DNA of 64,000 bases. It comes from Dongia deserti. Its GTDB lineage: Bacteria; Pseudomonadota; Alphaproteobacteria; Dongiales; Dongiaceae. Under the pieces are notes generated by a model, which was not told the DNA's origin, did no database searches, and saw only the letters and a program-made list of their open reading frames with translations. The stretch spans positions 42,887 through 106,886 of the forward strand of contig NZ_QORW01000006.1 in assembly GCF_003574735.1 (NCBI RefSeq), in the 5' to 3' direction. The position numbers were made by a program, and so were the translations under genes. The stretch's first letter is position 1; every line of letters starts with the position of its first letter. Of this stretch, positions 29,555 through 38,269 are shown one piece after another.

Positions 29555-30475
29555 TCAGAGCTGCTCGATATAGGCCGCCATGCGCTGCCGCATGGCCTCG
29601 TCCGGCAGCGGGCCGCTGGCGGCTGCCACATTCTCGCGCACATGATCGACGCGCGTGGTCGCGGGAATCGCGACGGTGACGGCGGGATGCGACAGGATGA
29701 ACTTCAGGATGAACTGCGCCCAGCTGCTGGCACCAATCTCGCTGGCCCACTCGGGCAGTTCTTCACCTTCGAGCCGGCGCGTCAGGTCGCCTTGCTGGAA
29801 CGGTCGGTTGACGATGACGGCGATGCCGCGGTCGCGCGCCAGCGGCAGCAGGCGCTCCTCCACCTCGCGATCGACGATGTTGTACGTGATCTGCACGAAA
29901 TCGAGCCTCTCCTTGCGCATGACCTCCTCGAACAGGTCGTGGCGTCGGCCCTCCGAGGTCGTGATCCCCACATAACGCACTTGGCCCGCCTCCTTCATGG
30001 CGTAGAGCGTCTTCAGATGGTCTTGCCAGGCGAGCAGATTGTGCACCTGCATGAGGTCGAAGTGCGGAACGCCCCAATAGCGCCGCGACTGCTCCATCTG
30101 CTCCGGGCCGTTGGAGCCCCACGAAGTCCATACCTTCTCCGCTGAGAACACGGGCGGCGAACCGAGCTTCTCTAGGCCGTAGCCGATCACCGGTTGGGAC
30201 GAGCCGTACATCGGCGAGGAATCGATCATGCGCCCGCCGGCCTCGAAGAAGGCTGCCATCACTGCCGCGCATTCGTCGCGCAACACGGGATCATTGCCGA
30301 CATTGAAGGTGATCCAGGTGCCGAGGCCCGTCGCCGGAATCGTTTCTCCGCTCGATGGAATGGGGCGCATGAGGACCTGCGGCGCCTGTGCGCTCACCGG
30401 AGATGCCACGGCCGAGGCGGCCAGCGCTGCCCCGCCGGCGAGGACGGCGCGACGGGTGGGTTGGCGAAAATCCAT
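29555..30475 (-). CDS. aldo/keto reductase with Tat signal peptide
   Basis: The N-terminus TRRAVLAGGAALAASAVA is a twin-arginine signal. An AKR fold follows (GYGLEKLG, ITYNIVDREVE). Confidence 0.75.
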   Translation of the reverse strand: MDFRQPTRRAVLAGGAALAASAVASPVSAQAPQVLMRPIPSSGETIPATGLGTWITFNVGNDPVLRDECAAVMAAFFEAGGRMIDSSPMYGSSQPVIGYGLEKLGSPPVFSAEKVWTSWGSNGPEQMEQSRRYWGVPHFDLMQVHNLLAWQDHLKTLYAMKEAGQVRYVGITTSEGRRHDLFEEVMRKERLDFVQITYNIVDREVEERLLPLARDRGIAVIVNRPFQQGDLTRRLEGEELPEWASEIGASSWAQFILKFILSHPAVTVAIPATTRVDHVRENVAAASGPLPDEAMRQRMAAYIEQL

Positions 30476-30493
30476 AGCTTGATCCTCCCGCTA

Positions 30494-30694
30494 TCAGCGT
30501 CTCAGGAACCAGAACACGACCGACAGCACGATGCTGATGAGAATGCAGGTCGCGATCGGCGCGTAGAAGGTGAAGCCTTCCCGCCTGATGACGAAATCGC
30601 CGGGCAGCCGGCCGAGACCGATCTTCTGCAGCCAGGGCCAGAGTACGCCCACCGCGACGATCAACAGTCCGATGATGATCAGTGTTCGCGACAT
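30494..30694 (-). CDS. DUF2905 small membrane protein
   Basis: The C-terminal 66 aa of track ORF 30494..30946 (MSRTLIIIGLLIVAVGVLWPWLQKIGLGRLPGDFVIRREGFTFYAPI...) matches the conserved DUF2905 pattern. The upstream part of the ORF is not protein-like. Confidence 0.55.
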   Translation of the reverse strand: MSRTLIIIGLLIVAVGVLWPWLQKIGLGRLPGDFVIRREGFTFYAPIATCILISIVLSVVFWFLRR

Positions 30695-30947
30695 GGAGCA
30701 AATCCCATTGGAACACCGACGAAATATGGGGCCGCCGATGCTTAACGCAACACTGCGCTGATCGGTGCCATGTGTCGAGCCGGCCACAACCTGAAGAGCC
30801 GCTGCAACCTGCAGTGCAGATTCTACTTGCTCTTTTCGAAGAGCGGGATCATAACGCCGCTCCTTCGCGAGGCCCTGGGCCCGGGCTGTTAGTCCCGGCC
30901 GGCGCGGTGCGCTCTGCGTATCTCGTGTTCCGCCGAACGAAGACATG

Positions 30948-31019
30948 GCATTCGTAGCTCAGTCAGGTGAGAGCGCCGGAGAAATCCGGAGGTCGCCGGT
31001 TCAAATCCGGTCGGATGCA
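30948..31019 (+). tRNA. tRNA-like element 1, probable pseudogene: canonical acceptor, D and T arms but the anticodon loop is reduced to 4–6 nt
   Basis: Acceptor GCATTCG/CGGATGC, D-arm GCTC-AGTCAGGTGA-GAGC, T-arm GCCGG-TTCAAAT-CCGGT. The anticodon arm is CCGGA-GAAA-TCCGG, 3 nt too short. Total length is 72 nt. Confidence 0.35.
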
Positions 31020-31021
31020 CA

Positions 31022-31095
31022 ACGAGGATAGCTCAGTCAGGTAGAGCAGATGGACATAGACCATCCAGTCGCGGGTTCGAATCCCACTCCTGCGC
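31022..31095 (+). tRNA. tRNA-like element 2, probable pseudogene: standard layout but non-canonical anticodon loop ACATAGA and a mismatched acceptor stem
   Basis: D-arm GCTC-AGTCAGGTA-GAGC, anticodon stem GATGG/CCATC, T-arm GCGGG-TTCGAAT-CCCAC. Only 4 of 7 acceptor base pairs form. Confidence 0.3.
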
Positions 31096-31424
31096 TCCGG
31101 TTCAGCTTGTCACGCTGACAACCTCTGAAGGGAACCGGACGCGCGCTTCAGTCGCGGTCCGGTCGTCTGGCCAAAAGGCCTCTCGAACGAACCAGACACT
31201 TTGAGACCGGCTCTGCGCCGGGGCGGATACCGCCCGCGCGGAACGCGAGTCCAGCTTTCCAACGCTGAACGAAAGTTCGGTGGCGGGGAGATCTGTACGC
31301 GCGCTCCGTCGGGCTGAAGCCCGGGCCCGCCGTTCTCGAAGGAAGACGCGTCCGGAACCCGGTTCCTCGGATCTGAAACGACGCTTCGCGGCATGGGCCG
31401 CGCGGCGCATGGATGGAGGGCAAA

Positions 31425-32576
31425 ATGGTTCGCGCTGGTTTGTTCCTGCGTGTGTTGGTGAAGGACGGTGAGCGCGCGCTGTTGCTGCGCGACGGCCGCA
31501 CCGTGCGTGTCCTGGAGCCGGGCTTGCATCGGCTGTTCGACCCGCGCGGCGCGCTGAAGGCGGAGAGCTTCAACGTCGTGCGCACCGAGTTCCCGGCGGA
31601 CCGCTATGCGGTGCTGAAGGCGGAGCGGCCGGAGATCGCGGCCCAGCTGTTCGAGGCGGTGGAGACCCGCGCCGATGAGCTGGCGATCGTCAGCCTCGAC
31701 GGGCGTCCGACGCACTTGATGGCGCCCTGGCAGGTGCGCGTCTACTGGAAGGTCGCAACCGCGGTCACGGTCGAGCGGATCGACGTGACCAGCGATCCGA
31801 AGGTCAGCGTGCGTCACCTGTCGCTGATCGAGCGTGCACGCAACCCGCACGTGATGGAGACGGTCGTCGAGAACCACGAGGCAGGCTTGCTGTACGTCGA
31901 AGGTCGCTTGGTCGAGCGCCTGGCATCGGGGCGTCACGCCTTCTGGACCGTCGGCCGCAAGATCGAGATCAAGCGCGTCGATCTGCGTCCGCAGGCAGTC
32001 GAGATCACCGCGCAGGAGATGCTGACCAAGGACCGCATCGCCCTGCGTGTGACCTTGACGGCACTGCGTCGCATCGTCGATCCCGAGCGCGCGGTGAGCG
32101 CGGTCGTGGACGTGGATGGCTGGCTGTACCGTCTGGTGCAGTTCGCGATCCGCGAGGCGGTGGCGGCCCGCACCCTGGACGAGGTGCTGTCGGCCAAGTC
32201 GGTGCTCGACGCGGAGCTGCGCAGCTTCGTGCGCGAGCGCCTCGGCGAGGCTGGCATCGAGGTGACGGAGCTCGGCGTGAAGGACGTGATCCTGCCCGGC
32301 GAGATCCGCGAGCTCGTGAACAAGGTGGTGGAGGCGGAACGGACGGCGAAGGCCAACCTGATCCGCCGCCAGGAGGAGACTGCGGCCACGCGCTCGCTCC
32401 TGAACACCGCCAAGCTGATGGAGGAGAACCCGCTTCTGCTCCGTCTGAAGGAGCTCGAGCGCCTCGAGCGCCTGGTGGAGAAGGTCGGGCGCATCGATCT
32501 CCACGCGGGTGAGGGACAGGGCTTCGACGCCCTGCTCAGCAAGCTCGTCCGCCTGAAGGCGAGCGAGAGCGCCTAA
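31425..32576 (+). CDS. SPFH/band-7 (stomatin/prohibitin-like) domain protein
   Basis: ATG 31425 (MVRAGLF) lies behind a GGAGGG Shine-Dalgarno; the track ORF starts at 31413. It has an SPFH core followed by a coiled-coil tail (VVEAERTAKANLIRRQEETAA...LKELERLERLVEK). Confidence 0.75.
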   Translation: MVRAGLFLRVLVKDGERALLLRDGRTVRVLEPGLHRLFDPRGALKAESFNVVRTEFPADRYAVLKAERPEIAAQLFEAVETRADELAIVSLDGRPTHLMAPWQVRVYWKVATAVTVERIDVTSDPKVSVRHLSLIERARNPHVMETVVENHEAGLLYVEGRLVERLASGRHAFWTVGRKIEIKRVDLRPQAVEITAQEMLTKDRIALRVTLTALRRIVDPERAVSAVVDVDGWLYRLVQFAIREAVAARTLDEVLSAKSVLDAELRSFVRERLGEAGIEVTELGVKDVILPGEIRELVNKVVEAERTAKANLIRRQEETAATRSLLNTAKLMEENPLLLRLKELERLERLVEKVGRIDLHAGEGQGFDALLSKLVRLKASESA

Positions 32577-32751
32577 GGAAAGGCCGCGTCAGGAATGGCG
32601 CGGCCTGTTCCACGTAAGTGCGGAACATTTGTCGCAACTCGTCGCGATCACATGTCGATGAGCCTAGCTCGACCGGCCATATGGCGTATGATTGCCGAAT
32701 GCGCGCCGTTGTCGCATGATCCTAACAGTGTTGGTCATGCGATAGCATTCC

Positions 32752-34344
32752 ATGGCGTCCGGCAGACAGATCAAGTTTGGCCCGATCGATGTTGCGATCG
32801 TCGGGGCTGGGTTGGGCGGCGCGGCCTTCGCCCGGCGGCTGGCCGGCCGCGCGCCTCGCCTGCGCATCCTGTGCTTCGAACGCGGCGATTGGCTGGATCG
32901 TGCGAACCTTCCCGCGCAGCAGCCGGACTGGCAGCGCCTGTCGCTCGGGCGTTGGGCGACATCGCCTAACCTGCGGCTGCAGGCGGGCGGCAACGGCATC
33001 TCCGCCGATTATCCGATCGATGATTCAGGCTCGGACTTCAAGCCACTGATGTGGAATGGCGTCGGCGGCTCGACCATCAATTGGGCCGCGCACTTCCCGC
33101 GCCTGCACCCCTCGGACTTCAAGATCCGAACGCTGGACGGCGTGGGCGACGATTGGCCGTTCTCCTACTTCGATCTGGAGCCCTATTACGACCTGAACGA
33201 CGAGGCCTTCGGCGTGTCGGGGCTGGCGGGAGATCCGGCCTATCCGCCGAAGAAATCACGGCGCATGCCGCCTTTGCCGCTGGGCCGTCTCGGCGCTAAG
33301 GCAGCACGGGCGTTCGATGCGCTCGGCTGGCACTGGTGGCCGGTCGATGCCGCGATCAACACCGTGACCGAAGGCACGCGCGAAGCCTGCAATCATTGCG
33401 GCCCATGCCAGCAAGGCTGCGCCAACGGTGCGAAATCCTCGACCGACCTCACCTATTGGCCGCGGGCGATCGCCAGCGGCGTCGGCCTGCGCACCAACTG
33501 CATCGTGCAGGAGATCGTGGTGGAAGGCGGCGTGGCGACCGGCATCCGCTATCGCGACGGCAACGGCCGCGATTGCTGGCAGCCGGCCTCCACCATCGTC
33601 GTGGCTGGCAACGGCATTGGGACAGCACGCCTGTTGATGGCGTCGGGTATCGAGTCGCCCGCGCTCGGCCGCAATCTCATGTTCCATCCAGCGGCCTATG
33701 TGCGCGGCATGTTCACGGAGGAGCTGGACGGACCGGTGGGTCCGGTCGGCTGCGCGCTCTACTCGCACGAATTCTACGAGACGGACGAAACACGCGGATT
33801 CAAGCGCGGCATCCATCTGCAGGTCACGCGGGAGAACCCGCTGCTGGTCCAGGCCTCTCGCCTCGAGCCGGCGTGGGGTGCGGAGGCGCAGCGCCTGCTG
33901 CGGGAGGAGTTCCGCCATTCCATGGCCGTGCTGGTGATGGCGGAAGATCTGCCGGAGTTGCACAACCGCGTCACGATGGCCAGGGAGATGGAGGCGGACG
34001 GCATGCCCGGCGTCCGGGTGGAATACACCTTGTCACGCGAGGCGCGTCGCGCGCTCGATTTCGGCATGGCACGGGCGGAGGAGATGCTGCGCGCGGCGGG
34101 CGCCCATCGCATCGTGCGCGTGCCGCTGGCGCCTTATACCGGCTGGCATCTCCTGGGCACGGCGCGCATGGGCAGCGATCCTGCGACCTCCGTCACCAAT
34201 GCCGACGGGTGCTGCCATGCAGTGCCCAACGTGATCGTCGCCGACGGCAGCCTGTTCCCGACGGCTGGAGCCTGCAATCCCGGTTCGACCATTGGCGCGC
34301 TTGCCTTGAAGCTCGCGGATGCCTTAGTGGGGGCGAGGCCATGA
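32752..34344 (+). CDS. GMC family FAD-dependent oxidoreductase (large subunit)
   Basis: FAD-binding fingerprint DVAIVGAGLGGAAFARRLAG and a GMC C-terminal region (GTARMGSDP...DGSLFPT). Confidence 0.85.
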   Translation: MASGRQIKFGPIDVAIVGAGLGGAAFARRLAGRAPRLRILCFERGDWLDRANLPAQQPDWQRLSLGRWATSPNLRLQAGGNGISADYPIDDSGSDFKPLMWNGVGGSTINWAAHFPRLHPSDFKIRTLDGVGDDWPFSYFDLEPYYDLNDEAFGVSGLAGDPAYPPKKSRRMPPLPLGRLGAKAARAFDALGWHWWPVDAAINTVTEGTREACNHCGPCQQGCANGAKSSTDLTYWPRAIASGVGLRTNCIVQEIVVEGGVATGIRYRDGNGRDCWQPASTIVVAGNGIGTARLLMASGIESPALGRNLMFHPAAYVRGMFTEELDGPVGPVGCALYSHEFYETDETRGFKRGIHLQVTRENPLLVQASRLEPAWGAEAQRLLREEFRHSMAVLVMAEDLPELHNRVTMAREMEADGMPGVRVEYTLSREARRALDFGMARAEEMLRAAGAHRIVRVPLAPYTGWHLLGTARMGSDPATSVTNADGCCHAVPNVIVADGSLFPTAGACNPGSTIGALALKLADALVGARP

Positions 34345-34745
34345 CCCGCACCATGCTCCTCGCCATCCTGGATACAATGCTGCCCGGCGACGAAGGCGAG
34401 CCGCCGCTGCCGCCAGCGTCGGAAGCCGGCCTCGACCTCACCAGGCTCGAGCGGCTGGCGGAGCCGGTCATCACCGCGCTTGGCGAGAACGACGGCTTCC
34501 TGGCGGCGGCTGCGGCCGATCGCGTGGCCAAGCTCCGCATCGTCGAGCTGAATGCGCCGGTTGCCTTCAAGGCGCTGCTGGCCGAAGCCTTGGCGGGCTA
34601 TTACGAAGCGCCGCCAGTCCTTGCCGCGCTCGGCTGGCGCGTCGCTCCGCCGCAGCCCCACGGGCATGATGTCGCACCGAATGACGAGGCCCTGTTCCGC
34701 ACTCTTGAAAAAGTGAAAAGCCGCGGACAGCTCTGGCGCGCCTAG
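34341..34745 (+). CDS. gluconate 2-dehydrogenase subunit 3 family small subunit
   Basis: ATG 34341 overlaps the GMC stop (ATGA). A 134-aa protein immediately downstream of a GMC large subunit is the typical arrangement. No Tat motif is visible. Confidence 0.55.
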   Translation: MTRTMLLAILDTMLPGDEGEPPLPPASEAGLDLTRLERLAEPVITALGENDGFLAAAAADRVAKLRIVELNAPVAFKALLAEALAGYYEAPPVLAALGWRVAPPQPHGHDVAPNDEALFRTLEKVKSRGQLWRA

Positions 34746-34746
34746 T

Positions 34747-35007
34747 CTAGGCGGCGTGAGCGGAAGGCGGACGATCCACGAAGTTGGAGAGCCGCTCCAC
34801 CGTCAGCTCCGCTTGACGTACGCTCGGGAAGCGGCTGCCGTCGAGTAGGCGATAGCGCTGGTCGGTCACCACCAGGCGCATCGCGCGTTCGTTCTCCGGC
34901 ACCAGGACACCAACCTTGGTCGAGCCTTGAATGAGTTCAATGTTAGACGGGTTGGGCATCGTTACGCTCCTCGGCATATGCATGTTCTCGGGAAATCGAT
35001 TCCCCAA
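34747..35007 (-). CDS. hypothetical small protein
   Basis: An 86-aa ORF with no recognised motif. The neighbouring intergenic DNA is AT-richer. Confidence 0.25.
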   Translation of the reverse strand: MGNRFPENMHMPRSVTMPNPSNIELIQGSTKVGVLVPENERAMRLVVTDQRYRLLDGSRFPSVRQAELTVERLSNFVDRPPSAHAA

Positions 35008-35222
35008 ATTCTACTTACCTTCGAGACGAGTGCAGCGCACCTCGTCGCCTTCACAACACATCATAGGCCCGGGCCATTGCACGAAGATGTCAGATAAAGT
35101 CATCTTTTGAATATCGCTATGTTGAACGTCACCACCATTCAACTCCACGCGCATTGCAGCAGATGAGTCTTCCTCTCGGCGTTCGCAAGGGGCTTGTCTC
35201 GGCAGGCTAGACTGCCAAGTCA

Positions 35223-35330
35223 GCGCGACCGCCGCTGAGGTCGAAGGTAAAGTTGCAAGCTGGTGAAACGATCCAAATGATCATTTGCGCCGCCTCTTCA
35301 ATTCCCCGCAACGTCGCATGGGAATTTTCC
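35223..35330 (-). pseudogene. degenerate partial copy of the SDR gene 3' end (last ~40 codons)
   Basis: The minus-strand translation LYLENSHATLRGIEEAAQMIIWIVSPACNFTFDLSGGRAD aligns to the SDR C-terminus ...GELEEAAQMISWIVSPACSFTSGFTFDLSGGRATY. About 85% nt identity to 37379..37499, with a 9-nt deletion. Confidence 0.7.
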
Positions 35331-35582
35331 AGGTACAGCGAGGACTAAAAAGTGCTCGCGTTTGCAACTGACAGTTCTGCCGATTGCCGCGCGCTGCTCA
35401 CTTGGGACTCGCCTTCGCATCGACCTCGTCCTACCATTCCCCTGCAGGCCGTAGGAGAAGAGGGGCCCCGAGGCACAAGACCCTGACACGCGTGGCCGCG
35501 TCCCACCTCGTGCGCTCCACGCGACGGGTGGCGTTGGCACCGATCCTGGCATCCAACGGCTGCGGAGGCTGGAGTTCTTGCC

Positions 35583-37319
35583 ATGACCGTGACGCGCCGC
35601 CTTGCTGCGATCCTTGCCGCTGACGTGGTTGGATACAGTCGGCTTATGAGCGAGGATGACGCCGGCACGCTGGCTCTCCTCCGGGCGCGTCGCATCAATC
35701 TGGTAGAGCCGCTGATCAAAAAATACGGCGGCCGCGTATTCAAGCTGATGGGCGATGGCCTCTTTGCCGAGTTTGGCAGCGCCGTCAGCGCCGTGGAAAT
35801 GGCGGCCGGCCTGCAGCAAGCCATGGCCGCCGCCAATAAGGAGCAACCCGAGGGGAAGCCCGTCCATCTGCGCATCGGCGTCAATCTTGGCGACGTGCTG
35901 GTCGAGGGCGGGGATCTTTACGGAGACGGTGTCAATCTCGCGAGCCGATTGCAGGAGCTGGCCGAGCCAGGCGGCATCTGCGTATCTGCCAAGGTCTTCA
36001 CCGAAGTGGCCCGGAATCTAAACCTGAGCTTCGAGGATCTCGGCGAACGTCGACTCAAGAACATAGCGGAGCCGGTGCGGGTGTACCGTCTCGACATGGC
36101 GGCGCCGTCGCCGCGCCGCCCGGGCAATACCCCATCCCTGCCGGTCAAGCCTTCAATTGTGGTGTTGCCATTCCTCAATATGAGCGGTGACTCCGAACAG
36201 GAGTTCTTCGCCGACGGTATGACCGAGGATGTCATCACGGAATTGTCGCGTTTCAAAGAGCTGTTCGTAATTTCGCGCAACACGTCCTTCAAGTACAAGG
36301 CCAAGTCGGTCAACGTCACCGAGGTCGCGCGGACTTTAGGCGTTCAGTACGTCATTGAAGGCAGCGTTCGCAAAGCGGGTGGTCGGGTGCGTGTGACGGT
36401 ACAGCTCATCGATGCAGAGACTGACCGGCACCTTTGGGCCGAGCGCTATGATCGGCAGCTTGAGGACATCTTCGCCATTCAGGATGAGGTGACCTCGGCC
36501 GTGGTGTCGACCCTGGCGGGAAGAGTCGAAGCCGCGTCCCGAGAGCGAGCCGCCAACAAGCCGACAGAGAACATGGCAGCCTACGAGTGCCTGCTGGCTG
36601 GCAAGGTCCTGCACCACCGGTCGAACCCGGCCGACAACGCCAGAGCGTTGGAACTCCTGAACCGCGCGATCGCGCTGGATCCCAAGTACGCGCACGCACA
36701 CGCCTGGAGAGGCTGTACTCTTGGTCAAGCTTGGGTGTACAATTGGTGCGCAGATCGCGACGCCACCATGGACGAGGTTGCCGAGGAATTGAGAATCGCG
36801 CTCAGTCTGGATGACCATGACAGCGACGTGCACCGCATTCTGGCAGCTCTGGCGGTTACGACTGACGACCACGATAAGGCTGTCTATCATCAGCAACGTG
36901 CGCTCAGCCTGAACCCTAACGACGATCTCATCGTGGTCCAGCAGGGCGAAATCCTCACCTGGCTGGGGCAGCCGGAAGAGGGCATCGAGTGGATTCAGAA
37001 GGCGACGCGGCTCAACCCCTATCACCCGGAAAGGTTCTGGAACCACCTTGGGAGAGCCTACTTTGTGGCGCACCGCTATGAGGAGGCGATCGAATCATTC
37101 AGGAGAATCGATACGCTCGACCACTCCCATCATGCCTTCCTGGCCGCTGCGAACGCGCACGCAGGCAGGCTCGACGCGGCTCGTAGCCATGCCCGTGAAG
37201 TGCTGAAATTGGCACCCGACTTCTCTGTGACACAATATATGACGACGATGCACTACAGGCAGGAGAGCGATCGCCAGCACCATATCGAAGGCTTACGAAG
37301 GGCCGGCCTGCCGGAATGA
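35583..37319 (+). CDS. class III adenylate/guanylate cyclase with TolB-like N-domain and TPR repeats
   Basis: N-terminal cyclase domain (ILAADVVGYSRLM, KLMGDGLFAEFGS, GDLYGDGVNLASRL), a PSIVVLPFLNMSGD region, then TPR-like repeats. Confidence 0.85.
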   Translation: MTVTRRLAAILAADVVGYSRLMSEDDAGTLALLRARRINLVEPLIKKYGGRVFKLMGDGLFAEFGSAVSAVEMAAGLQQAMAAANKEQPEGKPVHLRIGVNLGDVLVEGGDLYGDGVNLASRLQELAEPGGICVSAKVFTEVARNLNLSFEDLGERRLKNIAEPVRVYRLDMAAPSPRRPGNTPSLPVKPSIVVLPFLNMSGDSEQEFFADGMTEDVITELSRFKELFVISRNTSFKYKAKSVNVTEVARTLGVQYVIEGSVRKAGGRVRVTVQLIDAETDRHLWAERYDRQLEDIFAIQDEVTSAVVSTLAGRVEAASRERAANKPTENMAAYECLLAGKVLHHRSNPADNARALELLNRAIALDPKYAHAHAWRGCTLGQAWVYNWCADRDATMDEVAEELRIALSLDDHDSDVHRILAALAVTTDDHDKAVYHQQRALSLNPNDDLIVVQQGEILTWLGQPEEGIEWIQKATRLNPYHPERFWNHLGRAYFVAHRYEEAIESFRRIDTLDHSHHAFLAAANAHAGRLDAARSHAREVLKLAPDFSVTQYMTTMHYRQESDRQHHIEGLRRAGLPE

Positions 37320-37368
37320 TCGTCTGCGGCCCAAGAGTCTCCGCAGGCCAGTTGTTCACTCTCGATCA

Positions 37369-38151
37369 CTAGTACGTTGCGCGACCGCCACTCAGGTCGA
37401 AGGTGAAACCGCTGGTGAAGCTGCACGCCGGTGAAACGATCCAAGAGATCATTTGCGCCGCTTCTTCCAATTCTCCGCAACGGCGCATGGGGATTTTCGC
37501 CGTCATGTAGTCGATGGTGGCCTGGGGCAGCGCCTCCACCATCGGCGTGCGGATAACGGCGGGGGCGAGCGCGTTGATGGTGATGCCGTGCTCGACATAG
37601 TCCTTGGCCAGGCTCTTCACCATGCCGATCAACCCTGCCTTGGTCGCGGAATAAGCGGTCATGCCGGCATTGCCCTCCTTGCCGGCGATGGAAGCCACAT
37701 GAAGGATGCGGCCATACTTGCGCGCCAGCATGTGCGGCAGCACGGCCTTTGAGAGCAGGAACGCGCCGCGCAGATTGACGCGATAGACCTGATCGAAGTC
37801 CTCGAGTTCGACTTCATGGCCGGGAATGTTGGTGCGTCCGGTGACGCCCGCGCAATTCACCAGGGCATCGATGCGGCCGAACGTCCGTGCGGCCGCCTCG
37901 ATTGCCGGCGGTATGGTGGATTCCTCCGCCACCTCCAGGCCATGCGCGATGGTGTCACGACCGCTCCTGCTGATCTCTGCCGCGGTAGCCTCTGCGGCCT
38001 TCCCCTCGCGATCGAAGCAGGCAACCCGCACGCCATGCCGGGCAAGGTGCAGGGCTGCAGCCTTGCCAATGCCACGGCCCGCACCGACGACCGCAACCAC
38101 ATAGTCCGGATTGTCGAAGTAGTTCACGTGACCCGCCTCCCAAGATTCCAT
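37369..38151 (-). CDS. SDR family oxidoreductase
   Basis: Internal Met start (MESWEAGHVNYFDNPDYVVAVVGAGRGIGKA) has the Rossmann motif GxGxxG. A YxxxK catalytic region is present. The longer track ORF (to 38271) is not supported. Confidence 0.8.
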   Translation of the reverse strand: MESWEAGHVNYFDNPDYVVAVVGAGRGIGKAAALHLARHGVRVACFDREGKAAEATAAEISRSGRDTIAHGLEVAEESTIPPAIEAAARTFGRIDALVNCAGVTGRTNIPGHEVELEDFDQVYRVNLRGAFLLSKAVLPHMLARKYGRILHVASIAGKEGNAGMTAYSATKAGLIGMVKSLAKDYVEHGITINALAPAVIRTPMVEALPQATIDYMTAKIPMRRCGELEEAAQMISWIVSPACSFTSGFTFDLSGGRATY

Positions 38152-38269
38152 GCACAAAGCAGCCGCGTCGGGCCATCCGGCCAAGATCAGGCCATGATGG
38201 CGAGGGGCGTGGCAAGAGGCGTCCAGCCTTGTAACATGGCCAGGATCGCGACTCGGGGACTTCCGTTCC

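Noticed and set aside
30948-31095. Possibility that the two tRNA-like elements are pieces of a permuted two-piece tmRNA
   Set aside because: Both carry classical tRNA D-arms (GCTCAGTCAGGTAGAGC), which tmRNA tRNA-like domains lack. No tag-peptide reading frame or pseudoknot-like sequence is evident nearby.
31110-32504. 464-aa minus-strand ORF overlapping the SPFH gene
   Set aside because: The plus-strand frame gives a coherent SPFH/band-7 domain with a coiled-coil tail and a GGAGGG Shine-Dalgarno. The minus-strand product has no recognisable features.
33336-34745. 469-aa ORF spanning the end of the GMC gene and the small-subunit gene
   Set aside because: Only the last 134 codons (from ATG 34341, overlapping the GMC stop) are protein-like. 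The upstream part is the GMC gene read in another frame.
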